From positions 1 through 60,471 of IMG/VR virus record IMGVR_UViG_3300028025_003339: a DNA stretch of 60,471 nt; one strand, 5' to 3'. Each line of letters opens with the position of its first letter. The first letter of the stretch is position 1. Position numbers and translations under genes: made by a program. The DNA comes from a virus. Its lineage: Duplodnaviria > Caudoviricetes. Positions 39,504 to 50,060 of this stretch are shown here, piece after piece. A model generated the notes under the pieces. It searched no databases. It was not told the origin of the DNA and saw nothing but the letters and a program-made list of their open reading frames with translations.

Positions 39504-39596
39504 AAGACTTATTAATTATACTTGGGTTTATATTTTTCGCAGCAACATCGGTTTTCGGTGTTGTTGATTTATTAAGACAAATTAAAAAATTACCAA

Positions 39597-40277
39597 ATGA
39601 AAATTAAACACCCTTTAGTCAAAGGGAAAGTCAAAGAAATTAAACCAAGAATTTATTGTGTACTAGTTGATGACGACTATGACAGAGCAATGTTATTCTG
39701 TCGATATCAAGAATTATACGAATCTCCATACAAAGAATTTAGAGGTAAAAAATTTAGTTGGATGGAGTATATGAGATTCTATAAAGATGCTTGGAAGAAG
39801 AGGGTATTCACTTATCCTGAAGATTGGTCAGGTTACAACATCCCAAGTAACGTAGTGGAAAGGGGAGTGGATACTTTTTATAAAGAAACTGAATACGATT
39901 ACATTATGAACGACATTTATTTCTATTGTGCGAATGACTCAATGGAAAAGAATAGTGGAACAAGATGTGATTGGTATTTGATTGGGGCTAGTAGTAAAGA
40001 CCTAAAAACTTTGGACCACGAGATAGCACATGGTTTATACTTTACAAATAAAGATTACAAGAAAAAGGTTGTTGAATTAATTAAACACATTAAACCAACC
40101 CATTACGAAAAGTTGAAAAAGAAACTAATCAAGATGGGTTATGTTGACGATAAAAAAATAATCGACGACGAAATCCAAGCATTTATGTCCACGGGTTTAT
40201 ACAATGGACTAGATACGAAGGAGTTAAAAAAATATGAAGATAAATTTAAAAGTAATTTTAAAAAGTTTAACAAGTAG
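39597..40277 (+). CDS. HExxH-motif protein (putative metalloprotease)
   Basis: DHEIAHG...DEIQA. Confidence 0.6.
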   Translation: MKIKHPLVKGKVKEIKPRIYCVLVDDDYDRAMLFCRYQELYESPYKEFRGKKFSWMEYMRFYKDAWKKRVFTYPEDWSGYNIPSNVVERGVDTFYKETEYDYIMNDIYFYCANDSMEKNSGTRCDWYLIGASSKDLKTLDHEIAHGLYFTNKDYKKKVVELIKHIKPTHYEKLKKKLIKMGYVDDKKIIDDEIQAFMSTGLYNGLDTKELKKYEDKFKSNFKKFNK

Positions 40278-40280
40278 ATT

Positions 40281-40700
40281 ATGTTCTCAACAGGAAGCAA
40301 TGAAAAATATATGTTTGAAGAAGGTGATAAATACATACAATTCACCAAATACGGTAGTATTAACAAAGGAGTTATTAAACATTGTGGGGTCGTTAATTGT
40401 ATAGACACAAATAATGGTGTGTCATATCAAAAACCATATATTGTAAATGAAAAGAACATACATTATGATTTGGATGGTGCTGATGGTAGATTTTATAAAG
40501 TAACTGTTGAGTACACTAAAGAAGAATGTGAACAGATGGTTCAGGCATATAAAAAATTAATGGAGTTAAAGGACAACAGGAGACAAAAAATCATGGAACC
40601 ATTTAAAAAAACGAGACCTAAAAAAAATAAAAAGGATTTAGTCGAAACTAAACTTGACGATGTAATTAAAACACAATTCAATGAAGATAATATTTCTTGA
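40281..40700 (+). CDS. Hypothetical protein
   Basis: ORF within operon. Confidence 0.6.
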   Translation: MFSTGSNEKYMFEEGDKYIQFTKYGSINKGVIKHCGVVNCIDTNNGVSYQKPYIVNEKNIHYDLDGADGRFYKVTVEYTKEECEQMVQAYKKLMELKDNRRQKIMEPFKKTRPKKNKKDLVETKLDDVIKTQFNEDNIS

Positions 40701-41268
40701 CCACGATGGAGTAATATGTCTATCAACTGAATGGGGAGGTAGGGTTAAAAAACAACAAAAGGCAGGACGTAAGTTAAGTCAATCTGTATTATCACTACCC
40801 GTCGATGCTCGTTTCGATAACTTCAATAAGAAAGCAATTGAAACACTAAATGAAATTTTGGAAGAAACTAACGCTGAGATTGTTGTCTCATCTGATTGGA
40901 AAAGATGGGCCTCTGTTGAGGAGATGGGTGAATATTATGAGTCACAGGGAATCAAAAAGAAACCAATAGCATTCACTAAAAAAGTTGGTGAGTGCACTTG
41001 TTATAATGAACATACATTTGTATGGTCACCAAGATTGATGTTGGAGCAGGAACGTTCAATCGAAATTAATCAATATATTCAAGACCATCCAGAAATTACA
41101 CATTGGGTTGCGGTTGATGATTTAAACATGGGTATTCCACAAACACATGAAAGTTGGGGGGAGATGGAGATGGATTGGGGATTAACTAACTTTGTTCTAA
41201 CACCAAAAGGTAGTGAAGGGATTAAACAAACAGGAATTAAAGAGAAAATTTTAAAGTATTTATTATAA
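40681..41268 (+). CDS. HAD domain protein (Swiss-army-knife RNA-repair-like)
   Basis: IFLDHDGV, IVVSSDW, WVAVDD. Confidence 0.75.
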   Translation: MKIIFLDHDGVICLSTEWGGRVKKQQKAGRKLSQSVLSLPVDARFDNFNKKAIETLNEILEETNAEIVVSSDWKRWASVEEMGEYYESQGIKKKPIAFTKKVGECTCYNEHTFVWSPRLMLEQERSIEINQYIQDHPEITHWVAVDDLNMGIPQTHESWGEMEMDWGLTNFVLTPKGSEGIKQTGIKEKILKYLL

Positions 41269-41441
41269 TGGCAGTTTTAATATTATTTTTAGTAATCTGT
41301 ATCTCACTAACCCCAATAGTATATCTTTGGGTAAGAGGTATAGATTTTATGCATAAAAACCATCCTGACTATAAAGGGGAAGATTTTCTTAATTGGGGAA
41401 ATGATAAAGATAATGAAGAAGATAAGAATCAGATTATGTAA
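41268..41441 (+). CDS. Small membrane protein (not in ORF track)
   Basis: MAVLILFLVIC...HPDYKGEDF. Confidence 0.5.
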   Translation: MAVLILFLVICISLTPIVYLWVRGIDFMHKNHPDYKGEDFLNWGNDKDNEEDKNQIM

Positions 41442-41462
41442 TTTCTGAGTATTTATATTAAT

Positions 41463-43040
41463 ATGAAAAGGACACTACGAGAAGATTTAGAAAGAATCCA
41501 TTCAATCACATATGGCAATAAAATACTCCAAGAACAAGGGTTTCTAGATGATATATTAAAAAAGGTCGGTTTATCAAAAATAGACGAACCCAAAAAGGCT
41601 GATTTAGTTTCTCCCGATGTTGAGGAGTTCTTCAATACATTACAAAGATCTTCCGAGCAAGGTGGTATTTCCCAACAGGAAAGGGGATCCATGACATTCC
41701 AAAAAGAAGTTGAAACAATGCAAATTGGTTTGGTTCTACTTGGATATGAGTTACCATCTCATGGAATTGATGGTTTATTTGGACCTGAAACCGCATCCGC
41801 TGTCGGTAAATTTATAAGTGAAAAAGTAAGCGGTGACACCAAAACCTCAATTAGTGAGGCGTTTGTTCAATTGAATAGCACGAATTATTCTCATGTAAAA
41901 TATGACAAAGATGCAACACAATATGACCAATTAAATCAAGCATTATTGGATGATTTACAAACGGCAGCATCTAAAGCAAATGTGGTTGTTACAATAACAA
42001 CCGCAAAATCTGGACACGGAAATCTAACTATTAATGGAAGACCAAGTAGACACGCTACAAATACTGCAGTTGATATTGCATTGTTAAATGGTATTGGTGC
42101 GGGTGGTGCATCGAGTGGAAGTAATGGTAATCCTGAATTTAGAGAGTTAGGTAATAGAGTAAAGGATGAGTTACTTAATATCGGTTATTCATTAAATGCT
42201 GAAGGTGGTAATCAAAAAGCTGTTTTATGGCAAACAAATACGGGTGGTAATCACTTTAATCATTTACACGTATCTAATAAAGAAGGAGTTTCAGGTTCCG
42301 CAGGACCATCCGAAACAATGATTAAAGCAACTCCTGAGATGCTTAACAAGTTAATTGAATTATTAAAACAAAAAGGAGTTAAATCTGAGGATTTAAAAAA
42401 ATATATTGACGCCACCAAAAGAGATAGTAATTACAATGTTAATGTAAATGATTGGCAGGGGATGGTTAACTTAGTCATCAATAACTTAGAGGGTGGTTAT
42501 TATCATCCAGACATGTTAAAAGATGGTAGAGTTAGTGACGGGAGATATGGTGGTTCGGGTGAAACCATGTTTGGTTTAGATAGAGAGGCGGGTGCAACCG
42601 AATCAACAGGACCAGCGGGTAGAGAGTTTTGGTCATTCATAGATTCCCAAAATGCAAGAACAAATTGGAAATGGAATTATATGGGTAAAGACAACCCAGC
42701 ATTAGAAAGTAAATTAAGACAATTAGCTGGAGATGTGATGAAACCACAATATATTGACAATACCCGTAGGTATTTGAGTCCTGAAGCTGCAGATATCATC
42801 AGTAAAGACCCCGCATTAACCTTCAATTTCGTATATGCAACATGGAATGGACCAGGATGGTTCCAAAGATTTGCTAAAATAATCAATCAAGAGGTTGCAA
42901 ATGGAAATACAGACCCTAAATCGTTATTACGAATTGCGGTTGATAGAAGAATTAGTAGTGGTAATAGTTTAATCGCTCAAGGAGGACCTAAAGTCGATAA
43001 AATCACAAATCGAATTGCGTCTTCTTCTTCAGTAGCTTAA
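41463..43040 (+). CDS. Multi-domain peptidoglycan hydrolase (PG-binding + M15-like peptidase + GH108-like)
   Basis: GIDGLFGPETASAV; SRH...AVD...HFNHLH; LEGGY...GGSGETMFG; TATTTATA upstream. Confidence 0.7.
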   Translation: MKRTLREDLERIHSITYGNKILQEQGFLDDILKKVGLSKIDEPKKADLVSPDVEEFFNTLQRSSEQGGISQQERGSMTFQKEVETMQIGLVLLGYELPSHGIDGLFGPETASAVGKFISEKVSGDTKTSISEAFVQLNSTNYSHVKYDKDATQYDQLNQALLDDLQTAASKANVVVTITTAKSGHGNLTINGRPSRHATNTAVDIALLNGIGAGGASSGSNGNPEFRELGNRVKDELLNIGYSLNAEGGNQKAVLWQTNTGGNHFNHLHVSNKEGVSGSAGPSETMIKATPEMLNKLIELLKQKGVKSEDLKKYIDATKRDSNYNVNVNDWQGMVNLVINNLEGGYYHPDMLKDGRVSDGRYGGSGETMFGLDREAGATESTGPAGREFWSFIDSQNARTNWKWNYMGKDNPALESKLRQLAGDVMKPQYIDNTRRYLSPEAADIISKDPALTFNFVYATWNGPGWFQRFAKIINQEVANGNTDPKSLLRIAVDRRISSGNSLIAQGGPKVDKITNRIASSSSVA

Positions 43041-43100
43041 TCCCAATATTTTTTGGTATTATCAAATAAATTTACTATTTTAGTATTCTAAATTATAGTT

Positions 43101-43340
43101 ATGCCAAATGAAAAATGTGTCCTTTGCGGTAAAGAAACCGATATTGACATTACAACACACATCGATTCAAGAGTAGGTTATGAAGAAGGATTAGGTCAAT
43201 TATGTGTGACCTGTTATTTAAAGGGGACCAGTCGAGAACAAATGGTTATCCCAACGTACCTAATCAACTTATACCCAAACAATCAAGAGTTGGGTTCAAA
43301 GGTTAGACAAATATTTTACGACCTATTCCATAAAAAATAA
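43101..43340 (+). CDS. Small Zn-finger-like protein
   Basis: CVLC...GQLCVTC. Confidence 0.6.
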   Translation: MPNEKCVLCGKETDIDITTHIDSRVGYEEGLGQLCVTCYLKGTSREQMVIPTYLINLYPNNQELGSKVRQIFYDLFHKK

Positions 43341-43407
43341 TTAACCGACTAAGGTACAAGATTATTCTGGAAAAATTTATATTTATATCTAAGGAATAAT
43401 TAAAATT

Positions 43408-44796
43408 ATGAAAGAAATATCTAAAAAAAATCTTTTATCTATCATTCAGGAGTCACATTTTGAGATGGATGAAATGGCTTTTGATGACCAACTACAGGGC
43501 ATAAGAGCAATCAGAGGAAAGGGACCGAAGGCCGAAAAACGCGGCTCAAAAACAGCTATTGAAAAACCAATTCCTTGGTTAGATGATGAAAAAGGTCTCC
43601 AATCTTTTTACATTCAAAACCCGTTTCAAAAACCGGGAGAGCAAATTGGAATTCATTTATTAAAAGGTGGTCAAACCGCCGAAGATATCTTGAACAATCC
43701 AAAATATGATGAATGGTTAGAAAATAAAGTAAACCCATATCTTGAGGGTAATCGGATTATTTTTATCCCCGTTGAAGAACTTTTTCCTAGATCTGGAGGT
43801 AAAATACCTAAATGGTTTAGATTAACTCCTGTAGATAGTAAGGGTAACCCATCACCTGGTTGGGAGAAATATAAGGAGTATACCGGTATTCCTTTTAGAG
43901 ATACTAGTAAAGAATCCAAACCAACGAGTTCAAGAGATAAATTATTAAGAGATTTCCGTAAACCGGTTACTAGTATTTTGGTTAACGATAACATTAATAA
44001 AAAAATGATTTTATCGGGATTTGCCCCTTTAGATTACCCAACGCAAGATCCGGGACACCAAAAAAGAAATATTGATAGATATTCAGAGAAAGAAAATGAA
44101 AGTTTTCAATTCACATCGTTTAATATATTACCATTTCCTAACTTCTCTAAGTTTGCTGAAAACGCGGATAAGTTGTTGGATTTAAATGGCGTTCCTTTTG
44201 ATGAGGCTGACACGACCTCTGTTGGTATAAAACCTGAAGGTATGGCTCGCCAATTCAATAAAATTAAAGCTAATTGGGCGATACAAAGAAAAAATGCTAA
44301 AATGCCTCCTGAGTTTGCTAGTAGAGCGTTAACTCCAATTCATAAAAACGAGAGAGGTGGGTATAAAATTCAAGATCAAGATTATTTATTAACCACATGG
44401 TTAACAATTACCGGTAAATTATATGTTAATAACGACACAGGTAATCAAAAATATGTTTGGACTGTTGAAATTAAAACGGAAATTGGTGAGAAGTTGAGAG
44501 AAGATAATTATGGTCCAATAAATCCAGATAAAAACTTCTTTGCGGATGCCGAAACTCCTGAACTTCCAGAAATTAAATATGATCCAAATGGAAGTATTTT
44601 AAAGAATCCTAAAGTTTATAGAGCATTAGAAGAAGCACTTAGAAAAGTTAGTAATAGTATTCAGGGTTATAATCCTATTCCAGATTTAGAGGATCGTATA
44701 TTCAAAACAATGAGTGCAACAACAAAGAAAGTAAAATTAGACGAAAGTAGAATTAATAGTATTGTTGATGGTATCATTAGTCGATTAAAAAAATAA
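43408..44796 (+). CDS. Hypothetical, probably virion-associated protein
   Basis: TATTTATA at 43380; terminal K-x-L-x-ES-type motifs. Confidence 0.65.
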   Translation: MKEISKKNLLSIIQESHFEMDEMAFDDQLQGIRAIRGKGPKAEKRGSKTAIEKPIPWLDDEKGLQSFYIQNPFQKPGEQIGIHLLKGGQTAEDILNNPKYDEWLENKVNPYLEGNRIIFIPVEELFPRSGGKIPKWFRLTPVDSKGNPSPGWEKYKEYTGIPFRDTSKESKPTSSRDKLLRDFRKPVTSILVNDNINKKMILSGFAPLDYPTQDPGHQKRNIDRYSEKENESFQFTSFNILPFPNFSKFAENADKLLDLNGVPFDEADTTSVGIKPEGMARQFNKIKANWAIQRKNAKMPPEFASRALTPIHKNERGGYKIQDQDYLLTTWLTITGKLYVNNDTGNQKYVWTVEIKTEIGEKLREDNYGPINPDKNFFADAETPELPEIKYDPNGSILKNPKVYRALEEALRKVSNSIQGYNPIPDLEDRIFKTMSATTKKVKLDESRINSIVDGIISRLKK

Positions 44797-44850
44797 AATA
44801 ACCTCTCCTTGGTAATTTCCAAGGACTGACCTACGTAGGGTTTCAGTTAG

Positions 44851-44880
44851 TCCCCAAAATTTATTTTGGGGATTTTTTTG
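44851..44880 (+). terminator. Intrinsic terminator
   Basis: TCCCCAAAAT-TT-ATTTTGGGGA + T-run. Confidence 0.75.
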
Positions 44881-44907
44881 TTTTATCATAAATAATATCT
44901 ATATTTG
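44877..44907 (+). promoter_or_regulatory. Bacteroidota sigma70-type promoter
   Basis: TTTG-N19-TATATTTG. Confidence 0.7.
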
Positions 44908-44929
44908 AGTCAATATACTTATAGATATC

Positions 44930-45430
44930 ATGAGCACTAACTATTACAGAGTACCAACACATGAGGAGATGGAAACTCGTAAACAAACACTAATTGGATT
45001 TGTAAATAATCTTGATTTATCACCTGAAAACATTGAAAGTGGATTTAGATTCATTAGCCCAAGAAAAGATTGGGAGTGGTTTTCACCTTGGGAAATGTTT
45101 TTAGAGGGTACTAACATACATCTTGGTAAACGAAGTATGGGTTGGAAGTTTTGTTGGAATTTTCATAAAGACAAATATTATCACGATAAAGAAAGTTTAC
45201 TTGAGTTTATTCGTTCGGGTCGTGTGGTTGACGAATATGGTGAGGAACAAGATATGGAAGAGTTCATTACAATGGCACTTGAATGGGGAGAACCAGACGG
45301 AATGATAGTAAACGAAATATATCGAATTCAACAACGTCAGAAAGGCATGGGTTCTTTCTTTGATAAACCAGAATATGACGACAGAATTGTGGATGGTTTA
45401 AGAGTTTCATCTTCGGATGACTTTTGTTAA
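44930..45430 (+). CDS. Conserved phage hypothetical protein
   Basis: MSTNYY...IHLGKRSMGWKF. Confidence 0.7.
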   Translation: MSTNYYRVPTHEEMETRKQTLIGFVNNLDLSPENIESGFRFISPRKDWEWFSPWEMFLEGTNIHLGKRSMGWKFCWNFHKDKYYHDKESLLEFIRSGRVVDEYGEEQDMEEFITMALEWGEPDGMIVNEIYRIQQRQKGMGSFFDKPEYDDRIVDGLRVSSSDDFC

Positions 45431-45482
45431 TGTGAATAATGATTCACCACCAAATAAAATACTTTAAATTTTTTAGAAACTA

Positions 45483-47621
45483 ATGGGAGAACTTTACGAA
45501 CATAGAAAAGAGTCGGTTAAACCTAGACCAATTGGAACAAATCCCGACGATAAACATATGGCTATGATGTTAGCCATTGCCCCATTTGCTAAAACTAAAG
45601 TACAAACAAATGTTACGACTATTGATTTTGTTCCAAGTACTAAGAAGACAAAATTAATGTTGATTTTATTACCCGAATGGTCACCAAATTTTCCACCATT
45701 TAATGTTGCAAGATTGGCTGCAGTGTCAAAAAAAGCGGGATACGAAACAAAATGTTTAGATTTAAACGCAAAAATACATAACGAATCAAGAAAATGGATT
45801 TTAGATGGAAAAATTGATTTCGATCCATTTGATGGTGCGAGAGAATGGAAATGGTTAAAAGCGGATTATTATAAAGAATTACATCCTTTGATTGAACCAT
45901 TTGTTCAAACATATATTCAACAAATTCTTGAATATAAACCTGATGTTGTTGGATTTACAATGTACTATTGTAATGAGGAACCAGTTTTATGGATGGCTCA
46001 AGAACTAAAAAAATTAATGCCAGATCTTAAAATTCTATTAGGTGGTCCAAACGTTGGTCTTAGAACTTGGCAAATAGCAAATGAATACCCTAAAGGAGTG
46101 TTTGATTATGCGGTTAATGGTGAAGGTGAGTTGATTTTACTTCAGATATTAGGTGAGGTTGAGAGAGGGGTTAAACACGACACCGTACAAATAATGGCTC
46201 AACCTGAGGAACAAAGATTGAACATTAATAATTTACCACTACCTGATTATACTGATTTTGATTTTAATGAATATGTTTTTCCAAACGGGATAAATACAGA
46301 ATTCAGTAGAGGTTGTGTGGCTAAATGTACATTTTGTGAAGAGACTCACTTTTGGAAATATAGACAAAGAAATGCAACTGACGCAATTTCAGAAATTGAA
46401 AACTTATACTACTCGAAAGGTACTGACGTTGTTTGGTTTATTGATAGTTTAGTGAATGGAAACTTAAATGAATTAAGAGCATTTTGTAAAGCGGTTGTTG
46501 CAAAAGAATTGGAGATACATTGGACGGGATATTGTCGATGTGATGGTAGAATGGATTTAGAATACTATAAAGATTTAAAAGCATCCGGATGTGAAATGTT
46601 AAATTATGGTATTGAATCAGGAAGTCAAAAGGTACTTGATGATATGGCAAAGAATGTTACCATTGATGAAATGGAACAAAACTTTGAATCAGGTAAAATA
46701 GTTGGTATCAGTGCATTCACCAATTGGATTGTCGGATTCCCAACGGAAGATTACCAAGATTTTGCTGATAGTTTAAGTTTCATTTGGAGAAATAGAAATC
46801 AAAACGTATTGGTAATTGCTGCAGGATTTGGATTTGGTTTAGGTATGAATACGGTTGCGGGACAAAACCCTGAAAGATATAATTTACAACCATTTGAGTA
46901 TATGGGTAGTTGGGTTACAAACGATTGGAGATTAACCAAATTACATGTGTTGAATCGAGTTAAATCTTTTGCAATATTTTTACAACAACTGGTTACCGAA
47001 AAACACGTCCATATACCACATAGACCAAATTTACAAAAAGAACATTACACGATTAACTTTCATAATCCAAAACTATTGAAAGAAATCAAATATGAAAAAT
47101 TTGATTACAATATTATACAACCAAATATTAATCCTTTAGCAGATTCGTTAGTGAATGAAATGTTTGTTTTGTTTAGAATGATATGGAGAACTAGAGGTGG
47201 TTTTGATATGGAAATTAAATACGATGAGGATATAGATATGAAAGAATTTGGGATTAGAAACGCGGCTCCCTATTGGTCAGAACATTCGTTTACAATTGAT
47301 AAGAATGGTAATTGGAAGGGAAAGTTTAAATTCAAGTTTATCCAACCAAGACATGAGGACCCAAATATGTTAATACCATTTAAAGTTATGGATTTTTCAC
47401 ATAATGATTTAAATGCATCTAAAAGAGCAAGAAAAATTGCGAAACCGAGATGGGGAGAAGTTGGTAGAACATCTGAAGAATTCCAAGAACTAATTGCTTT
47501 ACAAAACAAATTGAATACGGAACACGATTATAGTTTTGAATATGAATGGGAGGGTGAAGGTAAATGGGAAGACCCGACAGCTGTGGTGAATTTTGATTTA
47601 ATGAAAGTAAAGGTTATATGA
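45483..47621 (+). CDS. Cobalamin-dependent radical SAM enzyme
   Basis: B12-binding domain (PDVVGFT, ILLGGP, GEGE) + SRGCVAKCTFC, GIESGSQKVL, IVGFPTE. Confidence 0.9.
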   Translation: MGELYEHRKESVKPRPIGTNPDDKHMAMMLAIAPFAKTKVQTNVTTIDFVPSTKKTKLMLILLPEWSPNFPPFNVARLAAVSKKAGYETKCLDLNAKIHNESRKWILDGKIDFDPFDGAREWKWLKADYYKELHPLIEPFVQTYIQQILEYKPDVVGFTMYYCNEEPVLWMAQELKKLMPDLKILLGGPNVGLRTWQIANEYPKGVFDYAVNGEGELILLQILGEVERGVKHDTVQIMAQPEEQRLNINNLPLPDYTDFDFNEYVFPNGINTEFSRGCVAKCTFCEETHFWKYRQRNATDAISEIENLYYSKGTDVVWFIDSLVNGNLNELRAFCKAVVAKELEIHWTGYCRCDGRMDLEYYKDLKASGCEMLNYGIESGSQKVLDDMAKNVTIDEMEQNFESGKIVGISAFTNWIVGFPTEDYQDFADSLSFIWRNRNQNVLVIAAGFGFGLGMNTVAGQNPERYNLQPFEYMGSWVTNDWRLTKLHVLNRVKSFAIFLQQLVTEKHVHIPHRPNLQKEHYTINFHNPKLLKEIKYEKFDYNIIQPNINPLADSLVNEMFVLFRMIWRTRGGFDMEIKYDEDIDMKEFGIRNAAPYWSEHSFTIDKNGNWKGKFKFKFIQPRHEDPNMLIPFKVMDFSHNDLNASKRARKIAKPRWGEVGRTSEEFQELIALQNKLNTEHDYSFEYEWEGEGKWEDPTAVVNFDLMKVKVI

Positions 47622-48271
47622 TAAAGATAGATAACAATAGAAAGGTTTGGATAACATCCGATACACATTACAACCACACAAACATATGTCGTGGTGTAAC
47701 TAAATGGAGAATGTTAGATGGTTCTATACCTGAATCACAAACTAGAGATTTCATGAATTTAGATAAAATGAACGCCGCAATTGTAAACAACATCAATGAG
47801 TATGTTGGTCAAGATGATGTGTTGATTCATTTGGGTGATTGGTCGTTTGGTGGGTTTGAACAAATAGAAGAGTTTCGTAATAGAATCATCTGTAAAGAGA
47901 TTCATTTAACTTTTGGTAATCACGACCATCATATCGAAAAGAATCGTGAGGATTGTCAAAGACATTTCGCGTCATCACAATGGTTCTTACAATTAAATTA
48001 TTTAGGTGAGACACTTGAACTAATGCACTATCCAATTGCTTCGTGGAATGGACTTAATAAAGGACGTATTCACCTTCATGGTCATTGTCACCTACCTAAC
48101 AATAAAAAGTTCGGTAATGGTCGTAGAATGGACGTAGGAATGGATGGTAATCCTAACTTTGCACCATATGATTTAAGAATGGTTATAAACGATATGAGGA
48201 AAAGACCGATTGGTTCCGAACTTGGGGTTGATGATCATCATACGGATGAAATGTTAAATGTTGATAGATAA
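47618..48271 (+). CDS. Calcineurin-like metallophosphoesterase
   Basis: SDTHY, LGD, GNHD, HGHCH. Confidence 0.85.
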   Translation: MIKIDNNRKVWITSDTHYNHTNICRGVTKWRMLDGSIPESQTRDFMNLDKMNAAIVNNINEYVGQDDVLIHLGDWSFGGFEQIEEFRNRIICKEIHLTFGNHDHHIEKNREDCQRHFASSQWFLQLNYLGETLELMHYPIASWNGLNKGRIHLHGHCHLPNNKKFGNGRRMDVGMDGNPNFAPYDLRMVINDMRKRPIGSELGVDDHHTDEMLNVDR

Positions 48272-48321
48272 TTTTGTATTATCAAAAATATTGTTTATAT
48301 TATATCAATATAAAACTAATC

Positions 48322-48675
48322 ATGAAAGAAACATTAAAAAAAACATTTAACACAGACGTATTGGCCGTTGTGGGAATTGTATTCGGAATCGGCCTAATTT
48401 TTCAATTTATTGTATTTCCAGGTTTAACTGCATCAGATACAATATTAAACATTCTATCGATATTGGTGGGAATTTTTTCACTTCTATTTGCTTTTCATTT
48501 TATACAATGGAAAAAACTATTCGACTTTTTATCTGAAGACGACACTACGATTGAACCAGGTGAAACGGAATTAGATTACATTCCACAAGAAGAAATCGTT
48601 AAGAAGAAAAGAACATATAAGAAGAAAATCGAACCACATATCGTACATCCAAAAGTAAAAACAAAAAAGAAATAA
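48322..48675 (+). CDS. Membrane protein
   Basis: Two TM helices and a basic tail; ATG start MKETL. Confidence 0.55.
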   Translation: MKETLKKTFNTDVLAVVGIVFGIGLIFQFIVFPGLTASDTILNILSILVGIFSLLFAFHFIQWKKLFDFLSEDDTTIEPGETELDYIPQEEIVKKKRTYKKKIEPHIVHPKVKTKKK

Positions 48676-48676
48676 T

Positions 48677-48943
48677 ATGGCAAAATTTAGAAAAAAACCC
48701 GTAGTAATAGATGCGGTACAGTATGATGGTAATTTTAGATGTTTAGATTGCTTCTCAATTAGTGAAGTGTCACATTTTATTGTGTCAAAAGATTCGGAGG
48801 GTAATCAATGTATTAAGATACCAACATTAGAAGGTGAGATGACAGCTTCGATTGGGGATTATATCATTAGAGGAGTACAAGGTGAATACTATCCATGTAA
48901 ACCCGATATTTTTGAAATGACATACGAAATGGTAGAAAACTAA
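48677..48943 (+). CDS. Conserved phage protein (TLEG...GDYII family)
   Basis: RKKPVVIDA, TLEG, YPCKPDIF. Confidence 0.75.
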   Translation: MAKFRKKPVVIDAVQYDGNFRCLDCFSISEVSHFIVSKDSEGNQCIKIPTLEGEMTASIGDYIIRGVQGEYYPCKPDIFEMTYEMVEN

Positions 48944-48955
48944 AACAAAAATAAT

Positions 48956-49870
48956 ATGGCATTCGAATCGTTTGAAGAAAGGTATGCTCGCCAAATGAAA
49001 GAGCGTGATGAAGAACAATTAAAAGCAAAATTAAAACTAAAAAAAATTATGAGAAACATTTTAATCGGAGTAGGATTATTTTTTACATTAACATTTTTAT
49101 TCTTCTCTTGTGAGAGAATTGATGCGGGTCACGTTGGAATCAAAGTAAATCAATATGGTGATAATAAAGGAGTTGATGATGTGGTGGCAGTTACCGGTAT
49201 GGTATTCTACAATCCAATCACAACTGCAGTATACGAGTTCCCAACATATATTCAACATAAAGAATACAAAGGTGAGAATTCATTTATTGTAAACAGTAAA
49301 GATGGTTCTGAATTTAGTGTGTCTCCTATTATGAACTATTCAGTTCAAAGAGATAAAGTACCCGCAATATTCAGTAAGTATCGTAGACCATTGGAAGACA
49401 TTGAAGAAGGATTTTTAAAGACCGCAGTATATGATGCGTTCCGTTTAGCAACTAACAAATATACTGCGGATGAATTAATCAGCAATAGAGCGGTGTTTGA
49501 AATCGAAGTTCGTAGATTGTTAGATGGACAATTATTGAAGGAAGGGTTTATTATCAATCAATTCACATCCAATTTGATTTATCCTGAGACATTTAAGAAG
49601 TCTATTGAAGCTAAGAACAATGCGGTTCAGGCGGCGTTAAGAGCTGAGAATGAGGTTAAAACAGCTGAGGCTCAAGCTAAAATTAAAGTAGCAACTGCTG
49701 AGGGTAACGCCCAAGCTTTAATTACATCTGCAAAGGCGGAAGCTGAGGCGAATAGAATGAAACAACAAACATTGACACCTTTACTTATTCAGTTAGAATA
49801 TGTTCAAAAATGGGATGGTAAGTTACCTGTTTATGGAACGGTACCTCAAATGTTTAAAAACATTCAATAA
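48956..49870 (+). CDS. SPFH/band-7 (prohibitin-like) protein
   Basis: IDAGHVGI, AEAQA coiled coil, QKWDGKLP. Confidence 0.85.
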   Translation: MAFESFEERYARQMKERDEEQLKAKLKLKKIMRNILIGVGLFFTLTFLFFSCERIDAGHVGIKVNQYGDNKGVDDVVAVTGMVFYNPITTAVYEFPTYIQHKEYKGENSFIVNSKDGSEFSVSPIMNYSVQRDKVPAIFSKYRRPLEDIEEGFLKTAVYDAFRLATNKYTADELISNRAVFEIEVRRLLDGQLLKEGFIINQFTSNLIYPETFKKSIEAKNNAVQAALRAENEVKTAEAQAKIKVATAEGNAQALITSAKAEAEANRMKQQTLTPLLIQLEYVQKWDGKLPVYGTVPQMFKNIQ

Positions 49871-49876
49871 TATTAT

Positions 49877-49911
49877 AACCCCGATATTGTAATCTTTATC
49901 GGGGTTTTTTT
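49877..49911 (+). terminator. Intrinsic terminator
   Basis: AACCCCGATA...TATCGGGGTT + T-run. Confidence 0.7.
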
Positions 49912-49935
49912 GTCTTATTTGTTATATTTATTTAC

Positions 49936-50034
49936 ATGACAAAAAGAGAACAAAAAGCAAAGAATCGTCTTAAAATGGCGAAAAAAACCACTAAGATGAA
50001 CCAAAAGAAGGGGATTCACAAGAAGAAATCATAA
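49936..50034 (+). CDS. Tiny basic protein (not in ORF track)
   Basis: MTKREQKAKNRLKMAKKTTKMNQKKGIHKKKS*. Confidence 0.45.
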   Translation: MTKREQKAKNRLKMAKKTTKMNQKKGIHKKKS

Positions 50035-50060
50035 TAAAGAGTATTTATATATAAAAGAAT

